Positions 1-12,673 of a stretch of DNA of 64,000 nt are shown one piece after another (position 1 is the stretch's first letter; each line of letters begins with the position of its first letter). The position numbers were made by a program, and so were the translations under genes. The DNA comes from Octopus sinensis. Taxonomy: Eukaryota. The notes beneath the pieces are model-generated. The model saw only the letters and a list, made by a program, of their open reading frames with translations, ran no database searches and was not told the DNA's origin. The stretch spans positions 2,170,001-2,234,000 of the forward strand of contig NC_043021.1 in assembly GCF_006345805.1 (NCBI RefSeq). The letters are read 5' to 3'.

Positions 1-48
1 GTAGAATATTTCGGCTAGATATGGCCGGATTAAACGTTGAAGGGTTAG
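1..48 (+). mobile_element. Right end of TTAA-type (piggyBac-like) MITE, family F, cut by window edge
   Basis: gtagaatatttcggctagatatggccggattaaacgttgaagggtta matches the 3' end of the F copies at 49117-49307 and 58076-58326. Confidence 0.5.
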
Positions 49-990
49 TGTTGGATCAAGCGGTCAAACTGGGATTCCTTTGAAGGATCTCTAGAGAAAC
101 GTTACTCGACAATATGTGTGTAGCTAAGAGATGAGCAAGTTTCTCCAGTTTGAGCCGCTATTTCTAAGCATCGAGAGATCAGTTGCAACTGGTGTCGCTA
201 ACAATTCTTATTCAATTTCCCAGACAACGAGGCGCCACCAACACCAGGTCGAGTCACACGGACCTAGATCCATCGTTATTGTTCGTTCTGTTTACATTAC
301 AACTAGTTATGGAATATTCGTGACAATAAACATGCTAATGCTCACAACCTATTACAAGTGTGTCCGATCCACGGATTTTGTTTCCTCATAACTTCCAGAA
401 AAATTAACATTTTTAAACGAAATTTTTTGCCAATACATTTCTGATGGCGTAGATTATGATTACCTCAGATTTCAATTTGAAAAAAATTTTTTTTTAATTG
501 GTGAGCGAACATACATACATACATACTGACACACAAGAATTATTTTTCAAAATTTCAATTATCATTGCGTTTATACATATAGGGGCATGTACGTAGGTGT
601 GCGGGCGCGCATGTGTATGTATGGACACGCGCGCTTACGCTATTACTATGAATATTTTTACTCCCTTACCTTTACTCACTCCCCTTACTTAGCGGTCATT
701 CTAATAGCTCTTTTGTCGTAATAATGGTCAATCACACAGTAATTTCCCTTTGTTTTAACGGTCATTTTCATAGCATTTTTTTTTTGATGGCCCGATAACT
801 GAAGAGATGCCGGCGTGGCTTTCCTCCCCGACATATGAAACTCGGAGCTTTACCATGGCTACCGAATAATTGTCACGTATTATATTTACAGATAAATTCC
901 TCTATTTACATAATATCGAGGTCTCTTTCATCTTTTTGTTGTCTTGTCATATATATGTGTGTGTGTGTGTGTGTGAGTATATATATATAT

Positions 991-1954
991 ATAATGACAG
1001 CCTTTTAGAAGGAAGGAAAACCTCCTCGTCGAAACAAAACTCTGGAAGAAAACGAAAACTTTCAGATAGGGACCGTCAGACTCTTACGCAAATTGTTAGA
1101 AAGGATCACAAAAGTACAGCTCCCAAAATTACTGTAGAGCTTAATGACCACCTCGGGAACCCAGTTTCCACAAAAACTGTTCGCCAGGAGCTGCATAAAA
1201 CCGGATTTCATGGGAGGGCTACAATCAGAAAACCACTACTTTCAAAAACAAATGTTGCAAAGCGTTTAAAGTGGAGTAAAATCCTACAGAATTGGTCTCT
1301 AGAGCAGTGGAAGAATGTTATTTTCTCAGAAGAGTTATCCTTTACCTCATTTCTGACCACCGGCCGAGTATATATGTGGAGACAGTCAAAAGAAGCTTTT
1401 TACCCAGACTGACTTATTCCAACTGTTAAACATGGAGGATCTGTGATGATCTGGGGATGGTGGTGGGGGGAGCTATATCTTGGAAATCCACCAACCCAAT
1501 GGTTTCCCTTCATGGCAGAATTAATAGTCAAGACTATTTAAGCATTTTATCTGATCAAATTCATCCTATTGTTGCAGAACTGTTTCCGGAGGGAAACGCA
1601 ATCTTTCAGGATGATAATGCACCAATTCACACAGCTAAAGTTGTTACTGAATGGCACGAGGAACATTCTAGCGAAGTTGAACATCTTATCTGGCCACCAC
1701 AGTCCCCAGATCTCAATATTATTGAACATTTATGTTCAATAATACAAGTAAGGAGTCGATATCCTCCACCATCATCACTACAAGAACTGGAGACTGTTTG
1801 AACTGAAAAATGGATTTTAAAAAAGTCCTTTGGAAACAATTCAAACTTTGTACGAGTAGAATTCAAGCTGTAATTACTGCCAGAGGTCCTACCCCATATT
1901 AAAATAAATTTGTTTGAAATTTTAAGGTGTTTCCATTATTTTGTCCAACCCCTG
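991..1954 (+). mobile_element. Decayed Tc1-type DNA transposon (transposase pseudogene, DD36E spacing), 5'-truncated, right TIR present
   Basis: Tc1 motifs: GRKRKL...RLKWSK...WKNVIFSEE, LIPTVKHGGSVMIWG, FQDDNAPIH, WPPQSPDLNIIE. In-frame stop at 1410-1412 and frameshift near 1455. Right TIR about 1925-1954 (reverse complement CAGGGGTTGGACAAAATAATGGAAACACCT). Left end abuts a (TA)n tract. Confidence 0.9.
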
Positions 1955-2478
1955 TCCGTTAATATTTACAGAATGCTATTTCAAACTAATATTGGTTGCA
2001 TAGCAAATAACGAATTAATAAATATATAATCACCAACACGTATACAGTTTGGAGACATTTTATAAGGTGACTAGGAGTTTTTAAAGAAACAAAAATCGTT
2101 TTGCAGACTTGATTCAATGTTTTCGTCAAAAAGAAAAGAAAAATTTCTATTTTGCATTGAATTTACCCAACGATTATCTCCCTTACATTCAGGAGGAAGG
2201 CGAAACAAGGGAGATAAACCAGACAATAGAGACAAGTTTTCTAATTGTGTCCGTGTGTGTGTGTGTGTGTGTGTGTGTAAGTTATTTTTCTCAGTTTTGG
2301 GACCGTAACCAGGCTATGACACAGCTTTGAAGGGAGTAAAGTTTGTTTAAAAGTCTGGTACTTGTTCCATCCGTCACTTTTTGCCGAAGCCTTAAGTTAC
2401 AAGGACATAAGCAAATCAACACCGTTAGTCGGGTGGTGGTGGTGGTGGAGATCAAACACTAACACAAAGAGAGACAGA

Positions 2479-2512
<34 letters not shown>

Positions 2513-2528
2513 ACACACACACACACAG

Positions 2529-2962
2529 AGGAGTGGCCGTGTGGTAAGTAGCTTGCTTACCAACCACATGGTTCTGGGTTCAGTCCCACTACGTGGCACT
2601 TTGGGCAAGTGTCTTCTACTATAGTCTCGGGCCGACCAAAGCCTTGTGAGTGGATTTGGTAGACGAAACTGAAAGAAGCCTGTCGTGTGTGTGTGTATAT
2701 GTGTGTATGTGTGTGTGTATATGTGTGTGTGTGTGTGAGCACGCACGCACGTGTTTTTGTGTGTCTGTGTTTGTCCGCCCATCATCGCTTGACAACCAAT
2801 GTTGGTGTGTTTTCATCCCCGTAAACTAGCAGTTCGGCAAAAGAGACTGATAGAATAAGTACTGGGCTTCCAAAGAACAAGTCCTGGGGTCGATTTGTTC
2901 GACTAAATCCAGTGCTCCAGCATGGCCACAATCAAATGATCGAATCAAATAACAGAATAAAA

Positions 2963-2965
<3 letters not shown>
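2529..2965 (+). mobile_element. tRNA-derived SINE family A, near full length
   Basis: Head aggagtggccgtgtggtaag...ggttcagtccc (A/B-box-like), internal (TG/TA)n, tail cagcatggcc...aaaag; more than 25 related copies in the window. Confidence 0.8.
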
Positions 2966-3004
<39 letters not shown>

Positions 3005-3134
3005 TATATATACATATACATACATACATATATATATGTATATATATATATACAGACACACACACACATGGTTATATATACACACACACACACACACACA
3101 CTAGCAGAGATACCCGGCGTTGCTCAGGAGTATA

Positions 3135-3259
3135 ACGGCATGTGTTGGATGGTTTGACCGGGGTCTTGGAAGCCAGGAGGCTGCACCAGGCTCCAGTCTG
3201 ATCTGGTAGTGTTTCTACAGCTTGATGCCCTTCCTAACGCCAACCACTCCATGAGTGTA

Positions 3260-3262
<3 letters not shown>
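3135..3262 (-). mobile_element. RTE-type 3'-end element (family B), fragment
   Basis: gtttctacagcttgatgcccttcctaacgccaaccactcc shared with other B copies. Confidence 0.65.
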
Positions 3263-3298
<36 letters not shown>

Positions 3299-3529
3299 CA
3301 TATATATGTATGTATGTATGTATGTATATACATATATATCGTTGCTATTATGCAAAAGTGTTGTAAGTCCAAAACATTGCTTTTTCAGAAAATGAAAAAT
3401 GGTTTTACCATTCTGTAACAAAACCTTTGTACTACACTTTGATAATTTTTAATATCTTGGCATCTGAAGCAACTGGAGATATGATAGTTTGACCAAAAGA
3501 ACTGGCCATTGCAAACAAAAATAAATATT

Positions 3530-3749
3530 CTTTTCTTTTCTATGCTGGGCACAAGGCTCGAAATTTTGGGGGAGGGGTTCAGTCGATTAGATCGACACCA
3601 GTACGCAACTGGTACATAATTTATCAACCCCCAAAAAGATGAAAGGCAAAGTCGACCTTGGCAGAATTTGAACACAGAATATATAGACAAATGAAATACC
3701 GCTAAGCATTTTACCCAGCATGCTCACGTTTCTGCCAGCTCGCCACCTT
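3530..3749 (-). mobile_element. tRNA-derived SINE family C
   Basis: Reverse complement head aaggtggcgagctggcagaaacgtgagc...gttcaaattctgcc; shared body gaaaggcaaagtcgacct. Confidence 0.75.
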
Positions 3750-4299
3750 GCGAAAATAAATGATGCCAAAAATATGCATTTGGCCAAATTTGGACATACA
3801 ACAGTTTAACATTATAGCAATAGTATGTGAGAAGCTTCTTTCAGTTTCCTTCCACCAAATCCACTCACAAGGCTTTGCTTGGGCTGTGGCCATAGTAGAA
3901 GCCACTTGCTCTAGTTGCCACGCAGTGGATTGAACCTGGGACCATGTAGTATAAATGCCTTGTGGTATTCATCACTGCTTCTTGTGTTCTCAGTTCAGTT
4001 CTACCCAAGTTAACTTTGTTTTTCACCCTTCCAGGGTCCGTAAAAATAAAGTACAAATGAAGAATACTGGAGACTGGCCAAATCATTAGAGCATCGGAGG
4101 ATGAAATACTCTGCTGACTTTGTTCTGGTTCTCAGCCTTCAGAGTTCAAATCCTGCTGTGGCCCCCTTCTTTTTCTCTTGCCAAGGGGCAATGGATCAAG
4201 GGGCAAAGGGGCAAGGGGCAAGAGGCAAAGGGAGCAAGAGAGAGGGGGGGCAAAACAACAAAGCAACAACAAGAATATTGGAGGGACCAACTCTACAAT

Positions 4300-4580
4300 A
4301 GGTTCAACAACAATAACAACAACACTACACAGAACAACAACAAATCCAGAATAGTACAGTACATACAACAACAACAACAACAACAACAACAGTGCTGGTG
4401 CTTTTACAGTTACAGAGAACAAGCATATTGCCAATTCTGTTCCAGAAAGAACCAATTTCAAAGACATTTCCCTGACAGATGTGAAATACTTTCTGTTAAC
4501 ACAGCAGTTGATCACGTGATCAGCCCAACAGGTCAGCTGATATATTTCTACAGAATGGTGCTTCATCATCATTATCACTG

Positions 4581-4619
<39 letters not shown>

Positions 4620-5075
4620 ACAGCAGCAGCAGCAGCATCAGCAGCATCGTTGCAGTTGTTGTCATCACCTTTGTCGTTGTCATTTTTGTCCCCCACCCTC
4701 ACCACACACGGCCATCAGTGTCGTTGCTATCATCATCATCATCATCATCTTCTTCTTCTTCTTCTTCTTCCAATTCTTCTTCTTCTTCATCTTTTTCATC
4801 ATCATCATCATCACCATCGCTGCCACCATCATTGCCAAGACAACCACCACCACAATCATCATCATCATCATCTACATTACCACCACCACCACCACCACCA
4901 TCAGCATCACCATCACCATAACAAGCAGCAGCAGCACTTAACATATGCACCACCATCGCCACCACCGCCACCACCACCACCACCACCACCACCACCACCA
5001 TCTTCACAACTCTCAGGAAATACCTCCCACCCACCCCAATGCCTCCACCACCACCATCACTGTCACCCAGCTAGT
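4300..5075. repeat. Mosaic of trinucleotide repeats (CAA, CAT, CAG, TTC, CAC) around a short unique island at 4392-4560
   Basis: Directly visible. Confidence 0.9.
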
Positions 5076-5119
5076 CAGGAGAAATGTCATCAAAGGTCTA
5101 CAGCTGGAGACATGAACAC

Positions 5120-5785
5120 AGACAGACAGGCAGGCAGACAGGCAGACAGGCAGGCAGGCAGACAGGCAGACAGGCAGACGGATAGACAGAGTTTCCATTG
5201 CAATGCCTGCTGATGCTAACGTGTATACGTAGGTGTACATACATACATACATACATATACACATACATACATATATACATACATACATACATACATACAT
5301 ATACACATACATACATATATACATACATACATACATACATACATATACACATACATACATACATACATACATACATACATACACACATGCATACATACTT
5401 ACATACATACACACATACATACATACATGCATACATACATACATACATACACACATACACACATACATGCATACATACATAGAAACACACACACACACAC
5501 ATATATACACAAGCATTCATACATATAAACACACACATACATATGCACATACGCACTACACACATACATGCATACATACATAGAAACACACACACACACA
5601 CATATATACACAAGCATTCATACATATAAACACACACATACATATGCACATACGCACATACACACATACAAGCATACATGCATACACACACATACATACA
5701 CACATACATGCACATACAAACACACATACATATATACATACATACATGCACACACACACACACACACATACAAACACATCTTTTA
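5120..5785. repeat. (CAGA/CAGG)n then (CATA/CA)n compound microsatellite with an internal ~101-bp duplication
   Basis: agaaac...aagcattcatacatataaac block at 5481 and again at 5582. Confidence 0.9.
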
Positions 5786-5995
5786 TCTTTTATTCTTATA
5801 TTTGTTTCAGTCATTAGACTGCGGCCATGCTGGGGCTCCTCCTTGAAGGATTCCAGTGAAACGAATCGACCCCAGTATTTTTTTAAGCATGGTACTTATC
5901 CAATCGGTCTCTTATGCCAAACCGTTAAGGGACATAAACACACCAACGCAGGTTGCCAAGCAGTGGTGGGGGGACAAATAGAAACACATAGACAC
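5785..5995 (-). mobile_element. SINE family A, 3' half
   Basis: tttcagtcattagactgcggccatgctgg...ggtacttatcc...cataaacacacc. Confidence 0.7.
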
Positions 5996-6169
5996 ACACA
6001 TATAGATATATACACATATCTATGTGTGTGTATATATATATATATAAATAAGGATAAGATTGATATTTAAATACCGATCTTATCAGGTGACCAGCATGGA
6101 AATAAAAACCTTCAAAGGTAATAATTATTATTAAAATTATAATTTAAGGTATCTAAGAGATACCACCAT

Positions 6170-7330
6170 GCTGAAAATGTATGTGTGTATGTGTGTATGT
6201 GTGTATGTGTGTATGTATTAATGTATGTATGTGTGTATGTGTGTATGTGTGTATGTATGTATGTGTGTATTATGTATGTGTGTATGTATGTATGTGTGTA
6301 TGTATGTATGTATGTATGTATGTGTCTGTGTGTATGTGTGTATGTATGTGTGTATGTGTGTATGTATGTGTGTATGTGTGTATGTGTGTATGTGTGTATG
6401 TATGTGTGTAGGTGTATGTATGTATGTATGTATGTATGTATGTATGTAGGTATGTATGTATGTATGTATGTATGTATGTATGTATGTATGATGTATGTAT
6501 GTATGATGTATGTATGGTGTATGTATGTATGTATGTATGTATGTGTGTATGTATGTAGTATGTATGTATGTGTATGTATGTATGTATGTATGATGTATGT
6601 ATGTATGTATGTATGTATGTATGTATGTATGTGTGTATGTATGTATGCATGAATGTATGTATGTATGTATGTTGTATGTATGTATGTGTGTATGTATGTA
6701 TGTATGTATGTATGTGTGTATGTATGTATGCATGAATGTATGTATGTATGTATGTATGTATGTATGTATGTATGTATGTATGTATGTATGTATGTATGTA
6801 TGTATGTGTGTATGTATGTATGCATGAATGTATGTATGTATGTATGTATGTATGTATGTATGTAGGTATGTATGTATGTATGTATGTATGTATGTATGCA
6901 TGTATCTATGCGTGTATGTATGTATGCATGAATGTATGTATGTATGTATGTATGTATGTATGTATGTATGTATGTGTGTATGTATGTATGTATGTATGTG
7001 TGTATGTATGTATGTGTGTAGGTATGTATGTGTGTAGGTATGTATGTATGTATGTGTGTATGTATGTATGTGTGTATGTATGTATGTATGTGTGTATGTG
7101 TGTATGTATGTATGTATGTATGTATGTATGTATGTATGTATGTATGTATGTATGTATGTGTGTATGTATGTATGTATGTATGTGTGTATGTATGTATGTG
7201 TGTAGGTATGTATGTATGTATGTGTGTATGTATGTATGTGTGTATGTATGTATGTATGTGTGTATGTGTGTATGTATGTGTGTATGTGTGTATGTATGTA
7301 TGCATGTATCTATGCGTGTGTGTGTGTGTG
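6170..7330. repeat. ~1.15-kb (TATG)n tetranucleotide array with TG variants
   Basis: Directly visible. Confidence 0.95.
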
Positions 7331-7714
7331 TCCAGGAATAGTGATAAGAACTGTATCTTTGGAATAAGGAGCCATTTGTTAGGCTTTAGAGATTGAAACT
7401 TCAGTAGGTGGGGGGGGGGAGAATTCAGGGTTTTTTGAGAGGAGGAAAAGAATAAGAAGCAGTATAAGAAAGGAGGAGAGAGAGAGAGAGGGGCAGGGTG
7501 TGAGAAGAAAGGAGAGAACCAGAGATGAAAAGAAAGATTAGCACACTCACACACTCACACACTTACACATGCACACACACACACAGACACACAGACACAC
7601 ATACATCTAAGTTTAGATACAGATGTAAAATGTTATACACACATAAACAGATTTAGATGAATACACATGGAGAAAGTGAGGCATAGACAACGTGTGTGAG
7701 TGTATGCATACAGA

Positions 7715-7729
7715 TGTAGATAGATAGAC

Positions 7730-7780
<51 letters not shown>

Positions 7781-7835
7781 TGGATAGATAGATATATAGA
7801 TAGAGAGAGAGAGAGACAGACAGATAGATGGATAG

Positions 7836-7868
<33 letters not shown>

Positions 7869-7938
7869 CAGATAGATGGATAGATAGATAGATAGACAAA
7901 CAGACAGACAGACAGACAGATAGATAGATAGATAGATG

Positions 7939-7999
<61 letters not shown>

Positions 8000-8027
8000 A
8001 CAGGCAGACAGACAGACAGACGGATGC

Positions 8028-8117
<90 letters not shown>
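7715..8117. repeat. (GATA)/(GACA)/(GA)n compound microsatellite
   Basis: Directly visible. Confidence 0.95.
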
Positions 8118-8492
8118 GTTTGTACATTTACTTACCCCTGACTGTGTGTTAGTAAAATGAAGGCGACATTAATGTCACCTTTTCCTGTAATCTGACCCAG
8201 AAATTTGACAGGGGATTTCAAGTTCCGGGTTTAAAAGGAATTATCCACAGGTTTTGATAACTCATAAACCTTAAATTGAAAATTCAAAAAAAGGGAAAAA
8301 ATTTTGAAAAATTAACAATTAAACTTCTGTAAGGATTTATAAGTTGCTATTCTTTTTAAATTTAAATGCAATTGCAGGCATAGCTGTGAAGTTAAAAAGA
8401 TTGTTTCATAGCCATCCAGTTTCAGGTTCAATCCCAGAGCTTGGCATCGAGGATATGCGTCTTTTACTTTTCTACTATAGCCCCCGTGAATG

Positions 8493-8692
8493 TGCGTGGC
8501 TTAGAGATTAGGGTATTTGGCTCACAGAAAGTTGTGTCCTTGAGCAAGACACTTTATTTCACGCTTGCTACACTCCATTCAGCTGATCAAAAATTAGAAG
8601 TCCTTGTAATTCAAATGACCGTCAACATATTCCGTCCTACCCATAGTAGCAAGAAAAAGTGTAAGCTAAAACAACGATGATGATGATGATAT
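8493..8692 (+). mobile_element. tRNA-headed SINE, D-type head, (GAT)n tail
   Basis: gcgtggcttagagattaggg...gttgtgtccttgagcaagacactttatttcac core, ending gatgatgatgat. Confidence 0.6.
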
Positions 8693-8705
8693 GCATATAT
8701 ATGTA

Positions 8706-9921
8706 TATTTCTTTACTACCCTCCAGGGGCTAAACACAGAGAGGACAAACAAGGACAGGGGCTAAACACAGAGAGGACAAACAAGGACAGGGGCTAAACA
8801 CAGAGAGGACAAACAAGGACAGGGGCTAAACACAGAGAGGACAAACAAGGACAGGGGCTAAACACAGAGAGGACAAACAAGGACAGGGGCTAAACACAGA
8901 GAGGACAAACAAGGACAGGGGCTAAACACAGAGAGGACAAACAAGGACAGGGGCTAAACACAGAGAGGACAAACAAGGACAGGGGCTAAACACAGAGAGG
9001 ACAAACAAGGACAGGGGCTAAACACAGAGAGGAAAACAAGGACAGGGGCTAAACACAGAGAGGACAAACAAGGACAGGGGCTAAACACAGAGAGACAAAC
9101 AAGGACAGGGGCTAAACACAGAGAGGACAAACAAGGACAGGGGCTAAACACAGAGAGACAAACAAGGACAGGGGCTAAACACAAGAGGACAAACAAGGAC
9201 AGGGGCTAAACACAGAGAGGACAAACAAGGACAGGGGCTAAACACAGAGGACAAACAAGGACAGGGGCTAAACACAGAGAGGACAAACAAGGACAGGGGC
9301 TAAACACAGAGAGGAAAAACAGGACAGGGGCTAAACACAGAGAGGACAAAACAAGGCAGGGGCTAAACACAGAGAGGACAAACAAGGACAGGGGCTAAAC
9401 ACAGAGAGGACAAACAAGGACAGGGGCTAAACACAGAGGGACAAACAAGGACAGGGGCTAAACACAGAGAGGACAAACAAGGACAGGGGCTAAACCAGAG
9501 AGGACAAACAAGGACAGGGGCTAACACAGAGAGGACAAACAAGGACAGGGGCTAAACACACAGAGAGGACAAACAAGGACAGGGGCTAAACACAGAGAGG
9601 ACAAACAAGGACAGGGGCTAAACACAGAGAGGACAAACAAGGACAGGGGCTAAACACAGAGAGGACAAACAAGGACAGGGGCTAAACACAGAGAGGACAA
9701 ACAAGGACAGGGGCTAAACACAGAGAGGACAAACAAGGACAGACAAATGGATTAAGTCGATTATATCGACCCCAGTGCGTAACTGGTACTCATTTAATCG
9801 ACTCCGAAAGGATGAAAGGCAAAGTTGACCTCGGTGGAATTTGAACTTAGAACGTTGCGGCAGACGAAATACTGCTAAGAATTTCGCCCGGTGTGCTAAC
9901 CACTCTGCCAGCTCGCCGCCT
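8706..9921 (-). mobile_element. SINE family C copy with its 3' segment tandemly amplified
   Basis: Head at about 9840-9921 (reverse complement aaggcggcgagctggcagagtggttagc); body continues into the 32-bp array; native end tttctttactaccc at about 8708-8722. Confidence 0.85.
8726..9741. repeat. Minisatellite, 32-bp unit ggggctaaacacagagaggacaaacaaggaca, about 32 copies
   Basis: Unit starts at 8726, 8758 and so on; near-identical units with occasional 1-2 bp indels, no spacers. Confidence 0.95.
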
Positions 9922-10199
9922 TTTATTTTGTAAGCAAATAATACAATATTACATAAGCATTTTATAATGTTCCTTTTCTGGAAACTTGCCGTGTACCGGC
10001 AGCTGATGGCTCGCGGACCGACACTTTGAGTAGCACTGGTGCATACAACATACAAGAAATAGCAGCCAAATTTCTCTCAATTTACAACATTCAAAGTTGA
10101 TTTAGGGTTAAGCAACATTAGCAGCAATAAAAGAAAAGATTGTTTGATCAGGTAATAAAATAAAATAAAAAGGGTAACAAGATTATTTGATAATAAAGA

Positions 10200-10470
10200 G
10201 AAAGAGAGAGTGAGAGAAAGAGGAAGAAAGAGAGAGAGCAAAAGAGTGGGAGAGAGGGAGAGAGAAAGCAGGTGAAGGAAGAGGAGAACAGGGAAGTGGG
10301 AAAGGAGAAACAGAGAAAGAGGAAGAGGGTAAGGATAGAGAAATGGAGGAGGAGAGGCGAAGGAAGAAGTAGTGAGAAGAGAAGGAGGGATAAAGATGGA
10401 AGGAGAAGTAGAGAGACAGGGAAACAGAGAGAGGGGGTAAGAGAGATAGGGAGGAGGGAGAGAAAGATTT
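10200..10470. repeat. Purine-rich (GA) low-complexity tract
   Basis: Almost exclusively A/G on the + strand. Confidence 0.85.
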
Positions 10471-11156
10471 ATTTTTTTATGATTTATTTTTCTTTAATGA
10501 CGCTGTTTGTGCAGCCATTCAAAACCCTACCGCTACAATAATGCAGGTAATATTTTTGTGTGAATATTAAATTGTAAAATTTCTCAGAATTAAATGAAGA
10601 AAATCATTTAAATTTTCAACAAAACTTTTTTGTTAAAGCAAATGGCTTGTGACTCCCACATTAATTTTCAATTTTCAATGAATTAATTTGTGGCCAACAG
10701 AGTTGTGACACTTAGAGGAATCCTTGAACTGGGAGGGAGAAAAAAAAGAAGTTTATCCCTATTACCTTTTTACTTCTTTTCTCTCTCACCTCTCCCAGTT
10801 ACTTCTTTCCCTTCCCTCTTTTGTAATGGCACAAATCCTAAAGTTCAACGAACAAATTCACAAATTAATAATGGCTTTCTTGTGTGTTACCAAACTGCTG
10901 AGTAAGAATACCTCTGGTTATCACCTGCTGTCATGTCTGTGTCATATTCTCTGTTTGCACATCTCTATCCCCGTCTGTCTCTTTACTGACATTGACACAG
11001 TAAAAAGCTAAGTTAAGCATATAAATGTCCTTCTCTTTTTGTTCGGTCTCTCTTTTGTCCCAATCAAAGCTGAATCTTTCTCTTTCACTTTTTTCAGTCA
11101 TTGGACTGCTGCCATGCTGGGGCACAACCTTGAAAGATTTAGTTAAACAAACCAAT

Positions 11157-11440
11157 ATCATCATCATCATCATCATCATTGTTTAACATCCGCTTTCCAT
11201 GCTAGCATGGGTTGGACGATTTGACTGAGGTCTGGCAAACCAGATGGCTGCACCAGGCTCCAATCTTGATCTGGCAGAGTTTCTACAGCTGGATGCCCTT
11301 CCTAATGCCAACCACTCCGAGAGTGTAGTGGGTGCTTTTATGTGCCAGTCAGGCTGTACTGGAATGGCCATGCTCAAAATGGTGTTTTTTTAATTGCCAC
11401 CTGCACAGGAGCCAGTCCAGCGGCACTGGCAACGACCTCA
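11157..11440 (-). mobile_element. RTE-type 3'-end element (family B)
   Basis: (CAT)n tail followed by gtttaacatccgctttccatgctagc...gatgcccttcctaatgccaacc; RTE-like 3' motif GGAAGGGCATCCAGC on the minus strand. Confidence 0.75.
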
Positions 11441-11714
11441 ACCTAAGTACTAATTATTTTAAAAGCCTAGCACTTATTCTATTGGAATCTTTTGCCAAAA
11501 TGCTAAGTTACAAGGACATAAACAAACAAACACCAGTCGTCAAATATTGGTGGTGGGAGGGTGGACAAACACAGAGACAAACATGCATGGATACATACAT
11601 ACATGGCCCAGCTCTCCATCAGTTACAATGATGAGTGTTCCAGGTGATCCAATCAACCAAACGGCCTGTTTGTGAAATTAATGTGCAAGTGGCTGGGGAC
11701 TCCACAGACACTCT

Positions 11715-11935
11715 CTTTTACTCTTTATTCTTTTATTTGTTTCAGTCATTTGACTGCGGCCATGCTGGAGTACCACCTTTAGTCAAGCAAATCAACCCCA
11801 GGACTTATTCTTTGTAAGCCTAGTACTTATTCTATCAGTCTCTTAAGCCGAACCGCTAAGTTACGGGGACATAAACACACCAGCATCGGTTGTCAAGCGA
11901 TGTTGGGGAGGACAAACACAGACACACAAACATAT
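11715..11935 (-). mobile_element. SINE family A, 3' half
   Basis: ttcagtcatttgactgcggccatgctggag...gcatcggttgtcaagcgatg. Confidence 0.75.
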
Positions 11936-11940
11936 ACACA

Positions 11941-12188
11941 CACATGTAAAAAGCACTATTTGAGCGTGGCCGTTGCCAGTACTGCCTGACTGGCCCTCAT
12001 ACCAGTGGCATGTAAAAGCACCCACTACACTCTCAGAGTGGTTGGCATTAGGAAGGGCATCCAGCTGTAGAAACTCTGCCAGATCAAGATTGAAGCCTGG
12101 TGCAGCCATCTGGTTCGCCAGACCTCAGTCAAATCGTCCAACCCATGCTAGCATGGAAAGCGGATGTCAAACGATGATGATGATGATG
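11941..12188 (+). mobile_element. RTE-type 3'-end element (family B)
   Basis: gcacccactacactctc...ggaagggcatccagctgtag...(GAT)n tail. Confidence 0.75.
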
Positions 12189-12339
12189 AATTCATTTTTG
12201 CCAGCTGAGTGGACTGGAAGAGCAAGAAATAAAGTGTTTTGCTCAAGGACATAACACCCTGTTGGAAAGTGACCTACCGACCTTAAGATCAAGTTAAATA
12301 TCCTAAACATTAAGGCCCCTGCCATACATGAATGCATAC

Positions 12340-12665
12340 TGGCACCCCTTCGCTTACGACAACAAGGGTTCCAGGTGATCTGATCAACAGAACAGCTTGC
12401 TTGTGAGATTAACATGCAAGTGGCTGAGTACTCCACAGGCACACATACCCGCTTCATATACTTCTCAGGGAGATTCAGCATGACACAGAGTGTGACAAGG
12501 CTGACCCCTTGAATTACAGGTCACTAATCATTTCTGCCAGCTGAGTGGACTGAAGCAACGTGAAATAAAGTGTCTTGATCAAGGACACAAGGTGCCGTCA
12601 GGAATCGAACTCGCGACCCTATGATTGTGAGCCGAATACCCTAACCACTAAGTCATGCACCTTCT
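12340..12665 (-). mobile_element. tRNA-derived SINE family D
   Basis: Minus-strand head ...gacttagtggttaggg...gagttcgattcc, core gtgtccttgatcaagacacttta, body shared with 48634-48920. Confidence 0.7.
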
Positions 12666-12673
12666 TACATGTA

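Noticed and set aside
3101-3130. actagcagagatacccggcgttgc as a Helitron-type 5' end
   Set aside because: Only about 25 bp, with no matching 3' end nearby; cannot be supported as an element.
5013-8127. Long ORFs (up to 480 aa) rich in HTYI/MYVC/LSIY
   Set aside because: Stop-free translations of tetranucleotide microsatellites; the same applies to ORFs at 16.3-17.6, 28.4-30, 33.2-33.6 and 58.9-60.9 kb.
8726-9741. Regular ~32-bp repeats as a CRISPR array
   Set aside because: Units are contiguous with no unique spacers, derive from a SINE tail, and sit in animal DNA with no cas genes.
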